A stretch of DNA of 64,000 nucleotides from a virus (IMGVR_UViG_3300012007_000010:64001-128000), one strand, 5' to 3'; counted from the first letter of the stretch, positions 45,101-53,759 are shown. Notes: a model not told the origin generated them from the sequence alone. Made by a program: numbers and translations.

Positions 45101-47339
45101 CCTGAACGAGAGCCTGAAGGCGTTGTATGGCTCGTATGATAGCGTATCGAGCCGACTGAAGCGCGGGCTGGAGAAGAAGAAGGCCAACCTGGGAGCTAAG
45201 TTGCAGGGCTTGTTACAATCCATCGAGAAGCGTAAGTCCGACGTAGTGGACTTCAAGATGATGGGCATCGACCACATCTTCATTGACGAGAGCCACCAGT
45301 TCAAGAACCTCGGCTTCACCACCCGTCACGACCGTGTGGCAGGCTTAGGCAACTCGGAGGGCTCGAAGCGAGCATACAATCTGCTCATGGCTATTCGCAC
45401 CATTCAGCAGCGCACGGGGCGCGACCTCGGCGCGACGTTCCTCAGTGGTACGACGATTACGAATAGTCTGACGGAGCTGTACTCGCTGTTCCGTTATCTG
45501 CGACCGCAGGCGATGGCAAAGCAGGGTATCACCTGTTTTGATGCCTGGGCAGCAATATTCACCCGCAAGACTCAGGAATACGAGTTCGGACTGACCAACC
45601 AAATTGTGCTGAAGGAGCGCTTCCGCTACTTTATCAAGGTGCCTGAGCTGGCGCAGTTCTACAACGAGATAACCGACTACCGAACGGCAAAGGACGTAGG
45701 CATAGAGCGGCCTGAGAAGTATGCACGATTGATGCACATCGAGCCGACCCCCGACCAGGAGGAGTTTATACACACGCTGATGAAGTTTGCCGAGACGGGT
45801 GACTTCTCACTTATTGGTATCAACAACCCCACCAAGCAGCAGGAGATGGCGAAGATGCTGTACGCCACCGACCTCGCCCGCAAGATGTCGCTCGACATGC
45901 GGCTGATTGACCTGGCGTATGGCGACCATCCACGGAGCAAGGCGAGCATGTGCGCCAAGATGGTAGCTCAGTACTATCACAAGTTCGAGGATGTGAAGGG
46001 CACGCAGATGATTTTCAGTGACCTCTCGACCTGGCAGAACGATGGCAAGTTTAATATATATGCAGAGATAAAGCGAAAGCTGGTGGAGGACTACGGCATA
46101 CCCGCCCGCGAGATACGCTTCATACAGGAGGCACGGTGCGACACGAAGAAGAAGAAGCTCATCCACGAGGTGAACGACGGCGACGTGCGTATCCTCTTCG
46201 GCAGCACCTCAATGCTCGGAACTGGTGTGAACGCCCAGGAGCGCGTCGTGGCGGTGCATCACCTTGATACACCGTGGCGCCCCGCCGACCTGGAGCAGCG
46301 CGACGGCAGGGCCGTGCGTAAGGGCAACGTCGTTGCCCGTGACTACGGCGACAACAAGGTGGATGTGATTATCTACGCCGTAAAGCGAAGTCTGGATGCC
46401 TATAAGTTCAATCTGCTGCACTGCAAGCAGACCTTTATCCAGCAGTTAAAGCAGGGGCAGTTGGGCAAGCGTACCCTTGACGAAGGTAGCATGGACGAGA
46501 AGGGCAACATGAACTTCGCTGAGTACATGGCTATCCTCTCTGGCAATACCGACCTGCTGGAGCGTGCCAAGCTCGACAAGAAGATTGCCGCCTTAGAGGT
46601 GGAGAAGAAAAATTTCCACCGCGACCAGCGTCAGGCAGAGGAACGCCGCGACCGCCTGCAGAAGGATGTGGAGCGGCTGAAGCAGGATGTCCGGGATGCA
46701 CAGGCCGACCAGCAGCAGTATGACGCACAGAAGCAACTGGGCGAGCAGGGCGAGGTGCTGAACGCCCTGGTGCTCGACGGCTTCACCGTGCCCGAGACCG
46801 ATGCCGACGGCAAACCTCTCGACTATGCAGGACAGCAGAAGACCCTCGGTGAGCGGTTGTGGCGCATCGAGCAGACGGCTCACACACAGGGCATTCCCCT
46901 GAAAATAGGCTCGCTTTACGGCTTCGACCTGATGGTGAAGACCAACGAGCAGATTGTCCGCGATGCCGACGGCAACGAGGATGTCCTCTACACCAACTAC
47001 TTCACCGTGCAAGGCTGTCGCATCCTGCATAAGGTGAACGACGGTTATCTCTCGCACAAGTCGCCCCGTCTGGCAGCGGAGTATGGTCTGCGCTGTCTGC
47101 AGGAGCTGCCACGCCGCATCGCCAGTTGGCAGCAGTGGATAGCCGACAACAACGTGACTATTCGCCAGCTCAACGAACTGCTGAAGCAGACGTGGAGCAA
47201 GGAGGACGAGCTGCGCCGAGCCAAGGCCGACCTCGCCAAGCTCGACCGCAAGATCAACGCTGAGATGAACGGCAAGCAGTCCGGCGGATCATCGTCGGAG
47301 GGCAACACCTCCGACGGCGGAATGAAGCGGGCGGCGTAA
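42189..47339 (+). CDS. DarB-like N6-adenine methyltransferase-SNF2 helicase fusion (1716 aa), ends -RAA
   Basis: LDPAAG and TNVPFGD MTase motifs; HEVGSGKT, IDESHQFKN, HHLDTPWRPADLEQRDGR helicase motifs. Confidence 0.9.
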   Translation: MSKLQRLRDNIAALKHALSSCSEYDNTILNKYSGFGGMTFVLNPLEPTAWSKSDMVYYQDTVRLHELLREEAGSDKEYQAWVESLKASTLTAYYTPREIAEAIFKAIYCHGEKTFYAKRFLPKTMLDPAAGMAVFGRAAMLSSAGSRQPDVTMYEKDLLTGLLLKRMYPWAEIYNKGFETIPASELGKYDLVSTNVPFGDVRIFDPEYSNSKSQVRREAAKMIHRYYVLKGLDCLREGGVLAYIITSNYLNRDGEQLGEALKQARLIGAYRLANNLFKESGTEVGTDLLVMQKDSKRGELTEEETMLLTQYEDGGCPTNMYFDMWPERVIATAWTVDTDAYGKRAFVYKHRDGVQGIARQLGEVLSRDLKEYLTPDPSPKGEGNFEGEGSDDQKGKAKEREDSDPTPGPSPTGAGSGYRKSEKKQEPRMTEKQKAIIAIHKAYTALYEYEAKEMTEGVELRKELNRLYDAFVAEYGPLNYAPNLGDVKKVAKELRSLEYRSTENGRWTKADIFDRPVAFSTDEMHSVTDAHEALAQSLNDYGKPDVRYMAALTGKSEEEICDELDGEIYYNPLSDEWEIKARFISGNVIEKIERIEALVSSFNFQVSGDEPGAKDLKPETRNLKLARAQKALAALQAAVPEPIPFDELDFNLGERWVDTKIYEDFASEFFSMAGNDYGAKVEVTVKYDRNLDQYACDNDRGNEKIYTQYAVSSEASQSLDGMDLLQHALQNSCPKMMKYRRDEMGRKIQQGKSYAKDEDPEATQKANTLIEEIRQGYQDWLLRQPKTLRDGLADKYNRLFNCHVKPQFDGSHQRFPGIDWAGLEQKYGIPQPVYKDGKKVSGGLYKSQEDCIWMLVINGGGICDHEVGSGKTLIMCLAAHEMKRLGFCHKPMIIGLKANVAAIAETYMTAYPKARVLYAKHADYSGKERENFFNRMKNNDWDVVIMSHDQFGFIPQSDEVQADVIREELNHLNESLKALYGSYDSVSSRLKRGLEKKKANLGAKLQGLLQSIEKRKSDVVDFKMMGIDHIFIDESHQFKNLGFTTRHDRVAGLGNSEGSKRAYNLLMAIRTIQQRTGRDLGATFLSGTTITNSLTELYSLFRYLRPQAMAKQGITCFDAWAAIFTRKTQEYEFGLTNQIVLKERFRYFIKVPELAQFYNEITDYRTAKDVGIERPEKYARLMHIEPTPDQEEFIHTLMKFAETGDFSLIGINNPTKQQEMAKMLYATDLARKMSLDMRLIDLAYGDHPRSKASMCAKMVAQYYHKFEDVKGTQMIFSDLSTWQNDGKFNIYAEIKRKLVEDYGIPAREIRFIQEARCDTKKKKLIHEVNDGDVRILFGSTSMLGTGVNAQERVVAVHHLDTPWRPADLEQRDGRAVRKGNVVARDYGDNKVDVIIYAVKRSLDAYKFNLLHCKQTFIQQLKQGQLGKRTLDEGSMDEKGNMNFAEYMAILSGNTDLLERAKLDKKIAALEVEKKNFHRDQRQAEERRDRLQKDVERLKQDVRDAQADQQQYDAQKQLGEQGEVLNALVLDGFTVPETDADGKPLDYAGQQKTLGERLWRIEQTAHTQGIPLKIGSLYGFDLMVKTNEQIVRDADGNEDVLYTNYFTVQGCRILHKVNDGYLSHKSPRLAAEYGLRCLQELPRRIASWQQWIADNNVTIRQLNELLKQTWSKEDELRRAKADLAKLDRKINAEMNGKQSGGSSSEGNTSDGGMKRAA

Positions 47340-47343
47340 AACA

Positions 47344-47403
47344 CGGGGTGGACTTTTACCATCGGCTCTCATTAACCAGAGCCATAGGTAAAAGTTAACC
47401 CCC
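47344..47403. terminator. Long hairpin after darB-like gene
   Basis: GGGG..ACTTTTACC..GGCTCT / AGAGCC..GGTAAAAGT..CCCC. Confidence 0.5.
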
Positions 47404-47459
47404 AGTTTTCATGCCCTTTTAAATCAACGAAGAATTTCACTAATTAAAACTGAACGACT

Positions 47460-47729
47460 ATGGCAAAAGACTATGAGCGCATCTACGACGAGGCGGTGCA
47501 TCTCTGTGAGAACGGCAGTAAGATACAGGCTCTCGTACACATCCTGGGGTGCTACGGCTGTAAAAGCGAATGGCGGGAGATACGCCGCCTGCTGATGCAC
47601 GACCATCCCCTGAACTTCCGCTATACCAGCTCTTTCTTCTGGGCTATCAGCTGCGCCTATAACAATGGCTGCCACAAGATTGAGAAGAAATACGGACGGC
47701 TGGCATGGCGCAACACACTGTCCTATTAA
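47460..47729 (+). CDS. Hypothetical protein
   Basis: ACGACTATG start. Confidence 0.65.
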   Translation: MAKDYERIYDEAVHLCENGSKIQALVHILGCYGCKSEWREIRRLLMHDHPLNFRYTSSFFWAISCAYNNGCHKIEKKYGRLAWRNTLSY

Positions 47730-47750
47730 CAAACAATAAACCTTACGACT

Positions 47751-48179
47751 ATGGCATACTGGAAAGAAAACATCAACGTCGAGGTGCTGCTGCCCTTCGA
47801 TACCCCGAACTGTACCACGTCTTGGTACTGGGTAATGTTCTCCATCGCATTGGAAGAGACATGGTATCATGAAGATGCCTGGATGTATAACGCCAGCACA
47901 TATACCAACCACCGCATCAATATTTGCGGCAAGGCCAATTTGAAGAGTCTATACACAGACCCGAAGCGCGGCACCGTGGCAGACATTGACTACACCACTT
48001 ACAAACTGATGGCCTGCCGGGCCTACAGTGATACGACCGACCCACGTCACAGCAAGACGGAGCACTTCAAGGTGCGCTATGTGAGCCGTGACAAAACTCT
48101 CTCCCGCGACGAGCAGCGCAGCATGCGGCTGCACTGTATCGACTACGGAACCCACAAGGAATACAGAAACCAGAAATAA
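47751..48179 (+). CDS. Hypothetical protein
   Basis: ACGACTATG start. Confidence 0.65.
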   Translation: MAYWKENINVEVLLPFDTPNCTTSWYWVMFSIALEETWYHEDAWMYNASTYTNHRINICGKANLKSLYTDPKRGTVADIDYTTYKLMACRAYSDTTDPRHSKTEHFKVRYVSRDKTLSRDEQRSMRLHCIDYGTHKEYRNQK

Positions 48180-48196
48180 TAAATCCCCGTAAGATT

Positions 48197-48916
48197 ATGA
48201 GCAAGACAAAGAACACGGTCATCGACCAACAGAACGAGAACAACGAGAACAAGAACCAGAGTATCAACCCCCGCCAGCGAGACCAGCGCCGCCTGAGCAT
48301 CGAGACCCTGACGGCACTCAACCGCGCCGCCATCGACGCCATGAAGGAGATACGGGGAGACCGCACCACGGCAGAGGCAGCCTGCGACAGCGAACTCTAC
48401 TGCGACCTCATGCAGATATCGCTGCTCGGCTATAACCGCTGGCTCGACTACGAGCGCAAGAAGCAACAGTACCGCGACATGAAGATGAACGACCTGCTGC
48501 GGGAGCTCTACCAGCGCATGCAGATGTATCACCACTACCAGGAGTGCAAGGGCCGCGAGCTGAAAGGCATCACGTGCCGCATGGAGCAAAGCGGCGTGTT
48601 CGCCCTCGTGCTCGGAGAGTGCGCCCTCAATCTGGAGCACACCTTCGAGGACCCCGACGCCGAGTACTATGACCACCAGCGCGAAGGCCGCCTGTTCTGC
48701 ATCGGCCTGAACCTGCCCCTGCTCGAAACGGAAGATCCGGAGAATCCGGAGAGCCACCTGTCAGGCGAGTACGACGAGTTCCTGTCGTTCTGCTGCGAGT
48801 TCGACGCCGACAAGGAGTTCCGCGACGTCTATCCCTGCGAGTACAGCCACGAGGCCGCCATCCGCTCCATCCTCGCCCAGCTCGACCAGATAACCGGGCT
48901 GACTAACAAGCAGTAA
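48197..48916 (+). CDS. Hypothetical protein
   Basis: 239 aa. Confidence 0.7.
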   Translation: MSKTKNTVIDQQNENNENKNQSINPRQRDQRRLSIETLTALNRAAIDAMKEIRGDRTTAEAACDSELYCDLMQISLLGYNRWLDYERKKQQYRDMKMNDLLRELYQRMQMYHHYQECKGRELKGITCRMEQSGVFALVLGECALNLEHTFEDPDAEYYDHQREGRLFCIGLNLPLLETEDPENPESHLSGEYDEFLSFCCEFDADKEFRDVYPCEYSHEAAIRSILAQLDQITGLTNKQ

Positions 48917-48970
48917 TCACGACGAGAGAGAAATAACTAACATTTTTAACCCCCTAAAAACAAGTAACGA

Positions 48971-49039
48971 ATGATAGAAAATTGGATTATGGGCTTCTTC
49001 GCCTGGCTCTGGTTCATACAATGGGCATGCAAGAAGTGA
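48971..49039 (+). CDS. Possible 22-aa Trp-rich membrane peptide (MIENWIMGFFAWLWFIQWACKK)
   Basis: AACGAATG start context; single hydrophobic helix. Confidence 0.35.
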   Translation: MIENWIMGFFAWLWFIQWACKK

Positions 49040-49062
49040 GTATAACGAGTAAAAACAAGTAA

Positions 49063-49299
49063 ATGACTATGGCACAGAAAATCATACAGAACGGACAAAC
49101 GGTGATGAATGCGCCGGGCGAGGGGAATCCTACCTGCGCCATCATCTTCAACAACCTGACAGGAGTGAACATACAGGGCAAGAGAGAACTACAGGCGTAT
49201 CTCGCCATGATGTTCCACGATTTCCCAAAACTCACATACGGGGAAATAGGACTCTGGGAGGACGGGAAGCTAATAGACAAAGGAAACATAAACAAGTAA
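49063..49299 (+). CDS. Hypothetical protein
   Basis: 78 aa. Confidence 0.6.
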   Translation: MTMAQKIIQNGQTVMNAPGEGNPTCAIIFNNLTGVNIQGKRELQAYLAMMFHDFPKLTYGEIGLWEDGKLIDKGNINK

Positions 49300-49304
49300 C
49301 GGCT

Positions 49305-49649
49305 ATGGAATCAACAATCAAAGTGAAGGCAACGAGAAGCGAGTGGGAAATCATCGCACGCTTCTTCTGTGTGAAATACTGCTATGACAGTGTGTATGAC
49401 GGTGTGAGGAAGAGCGATGGCGAGAGCGTGTTTCTCTACAAGATAGACCTGCGACACGCCGAGGAAGTAGGACGGCTGCACGGAACCTATACCGCCAAAG
49501 GACTGGTGAAGAAACTGGCTCCTGAACACCCGTACATCGGAACGGGCTATGTGGATGACATCATAAAAGCCCTTTGCACAATCACGAAACTCTTCGGCAA
49601 TGACCTTGGATTAAAGCAACTCTTAATGGAAAAATTAAAGGCAGCGTGA
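49305..49649 (+). CDS. Hypothetical protein, ends -LKAA
   Basis: 114 aa. Confidence 0.7.
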   Translation: MESTIKVKATRSEWEIIARFFCVKYCYDSVYDGVRKSDGESVFLYKIDLRHAEEVGRLHGTYTAKGLVKKLAPEHPYIGTGYVDDIIKALCTITKLFGNDLGLKQLLMEKLKAA

Positions 49650-49651
49650 CT

Positions 49652-49954
49652 ATGGCATACATTGACAGAGAGCATCAGGCTGCACAGTATATCATCGAAG
49701 ATCTGGCAGCCAAGGTTGAGAGAGAAAGCGGATACAAGGTTCTGAAGACAAAAGACGGCTACAATGTAGATGTGTATGTGTATAACCATGGGGATTATTC
49801 CTGTCACGTCTTTGTGTGCAAGGAACCTGGCGTGAGCGTCAACAGCTCAAACAGCGACCTCTATCACTTGCACGGAAGGGATAGCTACGAGGTTCTTGTA
49901 AGTGACTGCAAGAACATGACGAGAGAAGAAGTTATCAGAATGTTTTTCAAATAA
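49652..49954 (+). CDS. Hypothetical protein
   Basis: GACTATG start. Confidence 0.65.
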   Translation: MAYIDREHQAAQYIIEDLAAKVERESGYKVLKTKDGYNVDVYVYNHGDYSCHVFVCKEPGVSVNSSNSDLYHLHGRDSYEVLVSDCKNMTREEVIRMFFK

Positions 49955-49962
49955 TTACGACT

Positions 49963-50172
49963 ATGGTTTACAGAGCAAAGATTACAAGGATTCAGAGTTG
50001 GGTGGAAAATCACTACAACATCAACGCCTACACGATGGTACGCGACGCAAAAGATGTGTATATCGAGGTGAAGGACGAGGACGAGGCAGAACTGCTGGAG
50101 TCCATCAACAGGAAACAAGAAGAACTGCTGTTGCTGAAAGCACAGTGGTATGAGAAGTACGATAACGAGTAA
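49963..50172 (+). CDS. Hypothetical protein
   Basis: ACGACTATG start. Confidence 0.6.
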   Translation: MVYRAKITRIQSWVENHYNINAYTMVRDAKDVYIEVKDEDEAELLESINRKQEELLLLKAQWYEKYDNE

Positions 50173-50177
50173 CGACT

Positions 50178-50345
50178 ATGACAAAGAAAGATTTGCGACA
50201 TGAGTATTTCGCAGCCAAGGACGAGCTGCGACAGATTATGCTGGACGAGTATGCCCGCCACGGCGAGCAGACCAAGGTGCCGGAAATGTGGAACGCCCTG
50301 CACCAGCTCTGGGACAGGATGAACAAGCTCTGCGAGAAGCTATGA
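50178..50345 (+). CDS. Small hypothetical protein (55 aa)
   Basis: ACGACTATG start; MTKKDLRHEY... Confidence 0.6.
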   Translation: MTKKDLRHEYFAAKDELRQIMLDEYARHGEQTKVPEMWNALHQLWDRMNKLCEKL

Positions 50346-50488
50346 CCATCCCCGTCTATCCCCTCACCCTCACGGCCCCCGACGGCAGGGAACTGCGCAC
50401 CCTCGTATGGTTCCCAACGCCGGCGTGCCGCGAGGACTTCTACGAGAAAGCCGCCAAACGCGACCTGACCGTGACAGAGAACAAATAG
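50342..50488 (+). CDS. Small hypothetical protein (48 aa)
   Basis: ATGA overlap with previous stop. Confidence 0.55.
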   Translation: MTIPVYPLTLTAPDGRELRTLVWFPTPACREDFYEKAAKRDLTVTENK

Positions 50489-50525
50489 AATTAATGATAT
50501 ATTTGATATATTTTTTAATGATTTA

Positions 50526-50557
50526 TTTGGTATATTCAAATAGAATATCTACCTTTG
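50526..50557 (+). promoter_or_regulatory. Sigma-A promoter of AT-rich cassette
   Basis: TTTG-N20-TACCTTTG. Confidence 0.7.
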
Positions 50558-50620
50558 CAACATCAAACTTAAAGTCAAACTTAAAACACCGGCGGCAACG
50601 GGTAACAGCGGCACAGAATT

Positions 50621-51295
50621 ATGAGCAAAAAAATTACAGAAGTTACAAACATTCTCAACGCTTATCTGCAGGATATGCGAAAGACTTCCTCTGACTTGCA
50701 GGAGGAAGCAGGGAAATTGGCTATTAAGTTGGCAGAAGGAATGGAAATGCTTGGGATTAAGAGCGTTTCTTCTTCTGAAATAAAGATTTCTTACGAATCT
50801 GACTATTACGCATATCCGAATTACTCATTTATCGGATTTTCTGGAGTAATAGGTGGTAATTCTTCTATTCACATCCTTGCTTACAAGAAAGATGAGCATT
50901 GGGCTACTGCTGACAGCTGGACGGACGATGATGATTTCCAGATCTTCAAGGCAGATACCTCTCAACAGTATGCTTTCCTGAGAAACTACGCAACATTGTT
51001 TGCAAAGTTGCAAGGAAGAGCAATGGAGATACGACATAACTTGAACTATGTATATTATCGTGTCGATCTTAAAAACGATGATGCGTCTCATGCTTATTTT
51101 GGAGATGTAGAAGTCCCGTTCTATGAAAATGGAATAATGAACGACGATGTATTCAAGTGGGGCAAGTGGTGTGGATATTGGACTGGAATGCAATGGACCT
51201 CGCGTATGCTGAGAGTTCATCGTGATTACATAGAGTATATTCGTGACAAGTACGATGGTGTGGAACTTTACATTTCAGACTCAAAAGAATTTTAA
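50621..51295 (+). CDS. Hypothetical protein (AT-rich, foreign-looking)
   Basis: 224 aa, visibly lower GC than flanks. Confidence 0.7.
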   Translation: MSKKITEVTNILNAYLQDMRKTSSDLQEEAGKLAIKLAEGMEMLGIKSVSSSEIKISYESDYYAYPNYSFIGFSGVIGGNSSIHILAYKKDEHWATADSWTDDDDFQIFKADTSQQYAFLRNYATLFAKLQGRAMEIRHNLNYVYYRVDLKNDDASHAYFGDVEVPFYENGIMNDDVFKWGKWCGYWTGMQWTSRMLRVHRDYIEYIRDKYDGVELYISDSKEF

Positions 51296-51306
51296 TACGT
51301 TAGATT

Positions 51307-51729
51307 ATGCTGAAAATTGACAATTACACAGAAATCAAACGGGAGGGTGATGTAGTACACGTCACCCTGCCCTTCAGCCGTGACTTTCCATTGCTTCGCT
51401 TCAACTTCGACGTAGACAACGCGGAAGTGGTGGTTGACGGCAAGCAGTACACCGTTGTTGACTGTCTTGTGAGCGACAACGGAGAGTGGATTATTCTGAT
51501 TGCCAACCGCATCTTCGACGAAATCGAGGAGCGCAAGCGCATAGGCCACCGCATAGCCGAACTGCGCAAGGAGCAGAACATGACGCAGGCTCAACTGGCT
51601 GAGCGGTGCGGCATCGCCCAAGCACACATCGCACGTATCGAGACGGGCCGCTACAGCGTAGGACTCGACACGCTGACGCAGATAGCCACCGCTCTCGACA
51701 GGGAACTGGAGTTCGTTAGGACGGACTAA
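51307..51729 (+). CDS. XRE-family HTH regulator with N-terminal extra domain
   Basis: RIAELRKEQNMTQAQLAERCGIAQAHIARIETGRYSV. Confidence 0.85.
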   Translation: MLKIDNYTEIKREGDVVHVTLPFSRDFPLLRFNFDVDNAEVVVDGKQYTVVDCLVSDNGEWIILIANRIFDEIEERKRIGHRIAELRKEQNMTQAQLAERCGIAQAHIARIETGRYSVGLDTLTQIATALDRELEFVRTD

Positions 51730-51732
51730 AAA

Positions 51733-51764
51733 TTGAACTCTCTCGAAAATTATTATTATCTTTG
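51733..51764 (+). promoter_or_regulatory. Sigma-A promoter
   Basis: TTG-N21-TATCTTTG. Confidence 0.65.
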
Positions 51765-51847
51765 CAACCGAAAGTTGTTGCTACAACGAACATTTTAAAC
51801 GCTGCGCCAGATAGCAAAACAAGTCCCAAGGGCATGGGCAAGAGACA

Positions 51848-52894
51848 ATGAAGACTTTTAATACCGAGAATGTATTCAAGAGTATCTACAGCAAGCAGGA
51901 GATTCGCTATTGCGAATACCAAGGATGGGCATTGACCACCGAGGCTGGCAGAAGCATTAGCATCTATGTGAAAGATGGGGAGGAAATTGGCGAAGGGCAC
52001 TATGAGTATCCTTTAGAGAAGAAGGACATCTTTGTCAAAGAGACCAAGAAGCGCGCTTCTTACCTTCGCAAGAAAATCAACGATGAGTTCGCAAAACGTG
52101 GTAGTGACAGTTGGTATCGCAAGTATTACCAAGACGAGCTGACGCTCGACGCATGGTATGAGAAGAAACTGAAGGAGGACAGGAAGAAGGCACTGCTTGA
52201 CCGTGATGAGAAGAAAATCGAGGCCATGGTCAAGAAGAACGTCAAGAAGTATTGGGATCATCCATTCCGTATTCTGCGAACAGGCACTCATACCGGCACT
52301 CACACTATGGCATACGGGAAAGAGAACAGCGTAGTCTGCAGTGAAATAAACGACTGGAAAGGCTATAGCAGAAGCACTAAATTCCCGATGGTAGTCCGTT
52401 CGCTACACCTCACCATACGTCGCGGTTATAGTCTGTTTGTCATCGGTGGCCTGATTACCTTTGTCAAGGGTGACAGAATAGACCGCCGGGGAATGGCTTG
52501 CGAATGGATTGAACAGGGCAAGGCCATTGCCGACATCCGCACCGTGAAAGGCTACCTGGTACGTGGTGAGCACATCGAAGCCAAGAGTCTGAAAGAGGCG
52601 CAGGAGGTCAGTGCCGAGCGTCGCACGCTGTTGCTTGCACAGGCCGTCGCGGAGCACAAGAAACTGCGCATCCGCAATCAGCAGAAAGCCGACGGCACGC
52701 TGATGATTACCTTCGAGGACTCGTTGAAGTCTGGCAACTGCCGCCCGGGAACCGCGAGCTTCAAGCACAAGTATGAGGAAGCCATCGGACACGAGGCTAC
52801 GAGCATCAGTATCGACGACCTCCGTAAGTATGCCAAGCAGTTCGGGGTTGAATACTATGCAGAGAGAGCTATCAGATATGCACTTAGTCATTAA
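51848..52894 (+). CDS. Hypothetical protein
   Basis: 348 aa. Confidence 0.75.
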   Translation: MKTFNTENVFKSIYSKQEIRYCEYQGWALTTEAGRSISIYVKDGEEIGEGHYEYPLEKKDIFVKETKKRASYLRKKINDEFAKRGSDSWYRKYYQDELTLDAWYEKKLKEDRKKALLDRDEKKIEAMVKKNVKKYWDHPFRILRTGTHTGTHTMAYGKENSVVCSEINDWKGYSRSTKFPMVVRSLHLTIRRGYSLFVIGGLITFVKGDRIDRRGMACEWIEQGKAIADIRTVKGYLVRGEHIEAKSLKEAQEVSAERRTLLLAQAVAEHKKLRIRNQQKADGTLMITFEDSLKSGNCRPGTASFKHKYEEAIGHEATSISIDDLRKYAKQFGVEYYAERAIRYALSH

Positions 52895-52899
52895 ACATT

Positions 52900-53118
52900 A
52901 TGAAAGTTTTACAGTTGTCAAAAGTCGCACAGGCATATTACGAGGGGCTTCGCGCCCCCAGCCTGGCGCAAGGGTGGGATAAGTATGTCGCCACCGACGG
53001 GGAACAGTGTCTCTTCGTAAAGAGTGACTACGAGCCTAAAGAGGGAGAGGCTGTGTTCTTCCTCACAGTGAGAAACAGGAACGTGGCCTGCACGCTCCAC
53101 AAATCAAACGTGCAATGA
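52900..53118 (+). CDS. Hypothetical protein
   Basis: 72 aa. Confidence 0.6.
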   Translation: MKVLQLSKVAQAYYEGLRAPSLAQGWDKYVATDGEQCLFVKSDYEPKEGEAVFFLTVRNRNVACTLHKSNVQ

Positions 53119-53759
53119 ATAAAGAGCGATTTACGGTCACACCGTCAGAACACTCCATGTGGACGGTCAATGACAGCGAAAGCGGATTCAGCATCAAGTT
53201 CCGCGAAGGTATGTTCAACGAGACACAGGAAGTAGTCAATCCGGATAAGTTGCCTGACCACGTGACCGGCGACGAACTGGCGCAATGGGCAGCACAATCT
53301 ATGAGAGAGATAGGCGACTATATGGCACTGGAACATCCGTTGCTGGTCAGCTGTGACATTTACGCCCGGCGCTCAGCCTTGTGGCAACTGTCGCACGAAA
53401 GCTGGTGGGTGACGCTCGTCTCCGCATGCAACGGACTGCTGATAGACTCGGAGGTGGGAGACCTTACGGATAATCTCTTCGACGAGCTTGACGACTTCTT
53501 CAACCTGTCAGGCGAGAATCCTGCCGACCTGAAGACGAACGAGAAGCAGAACCTGCTCGGCATGGTGTCGCTGCTCGACGAGGACGAAGCCCGCGAGGTG
53601 TTCGACATCATCCACACCTACTGGAATGAATACCACGATGCTCACTATGACATCGAGAAATGGGCACGCGACTTGCTGTGGTGGCCATGCTGGGCCAACC
53701 CTGTCATCGACAAGATGGAGGAAGAAGCCGAGGACGACGAGGACGACGAGGACGCATGA
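53115..53759 (+). CDS. Hypothetical acidic protein
   Basis: 214 aa, D/E-rich tail. Confidence 0.7.
   Translation: MNKERFTVTPSEHSMWTVNDSESGFSIKFREGMFNETQEVVNPDKLPDHVTGDELAQWAAQSMREIGDYMALEHPLLVSCDIYARRSALWQLSHESWWVTLVSACNGLLIDSEVGDLTDNLFDELDDFFNLSGENPADLKTNEKQNLLGMVSLLDEDEAREVFDIIHTYWNEYHDAHYDIEKWARDLLWWPCWANPVIDKMEEEAEDDEDDEDA

Noticed and set aside
5700-47000. Apparent GC-skew flips near 5.7, 21.5 and 46.5 kb as origin or terminus markers
   Set aside because: Spot counts were inconsistent and confounded by codon usage; needs a computed cumulative skew
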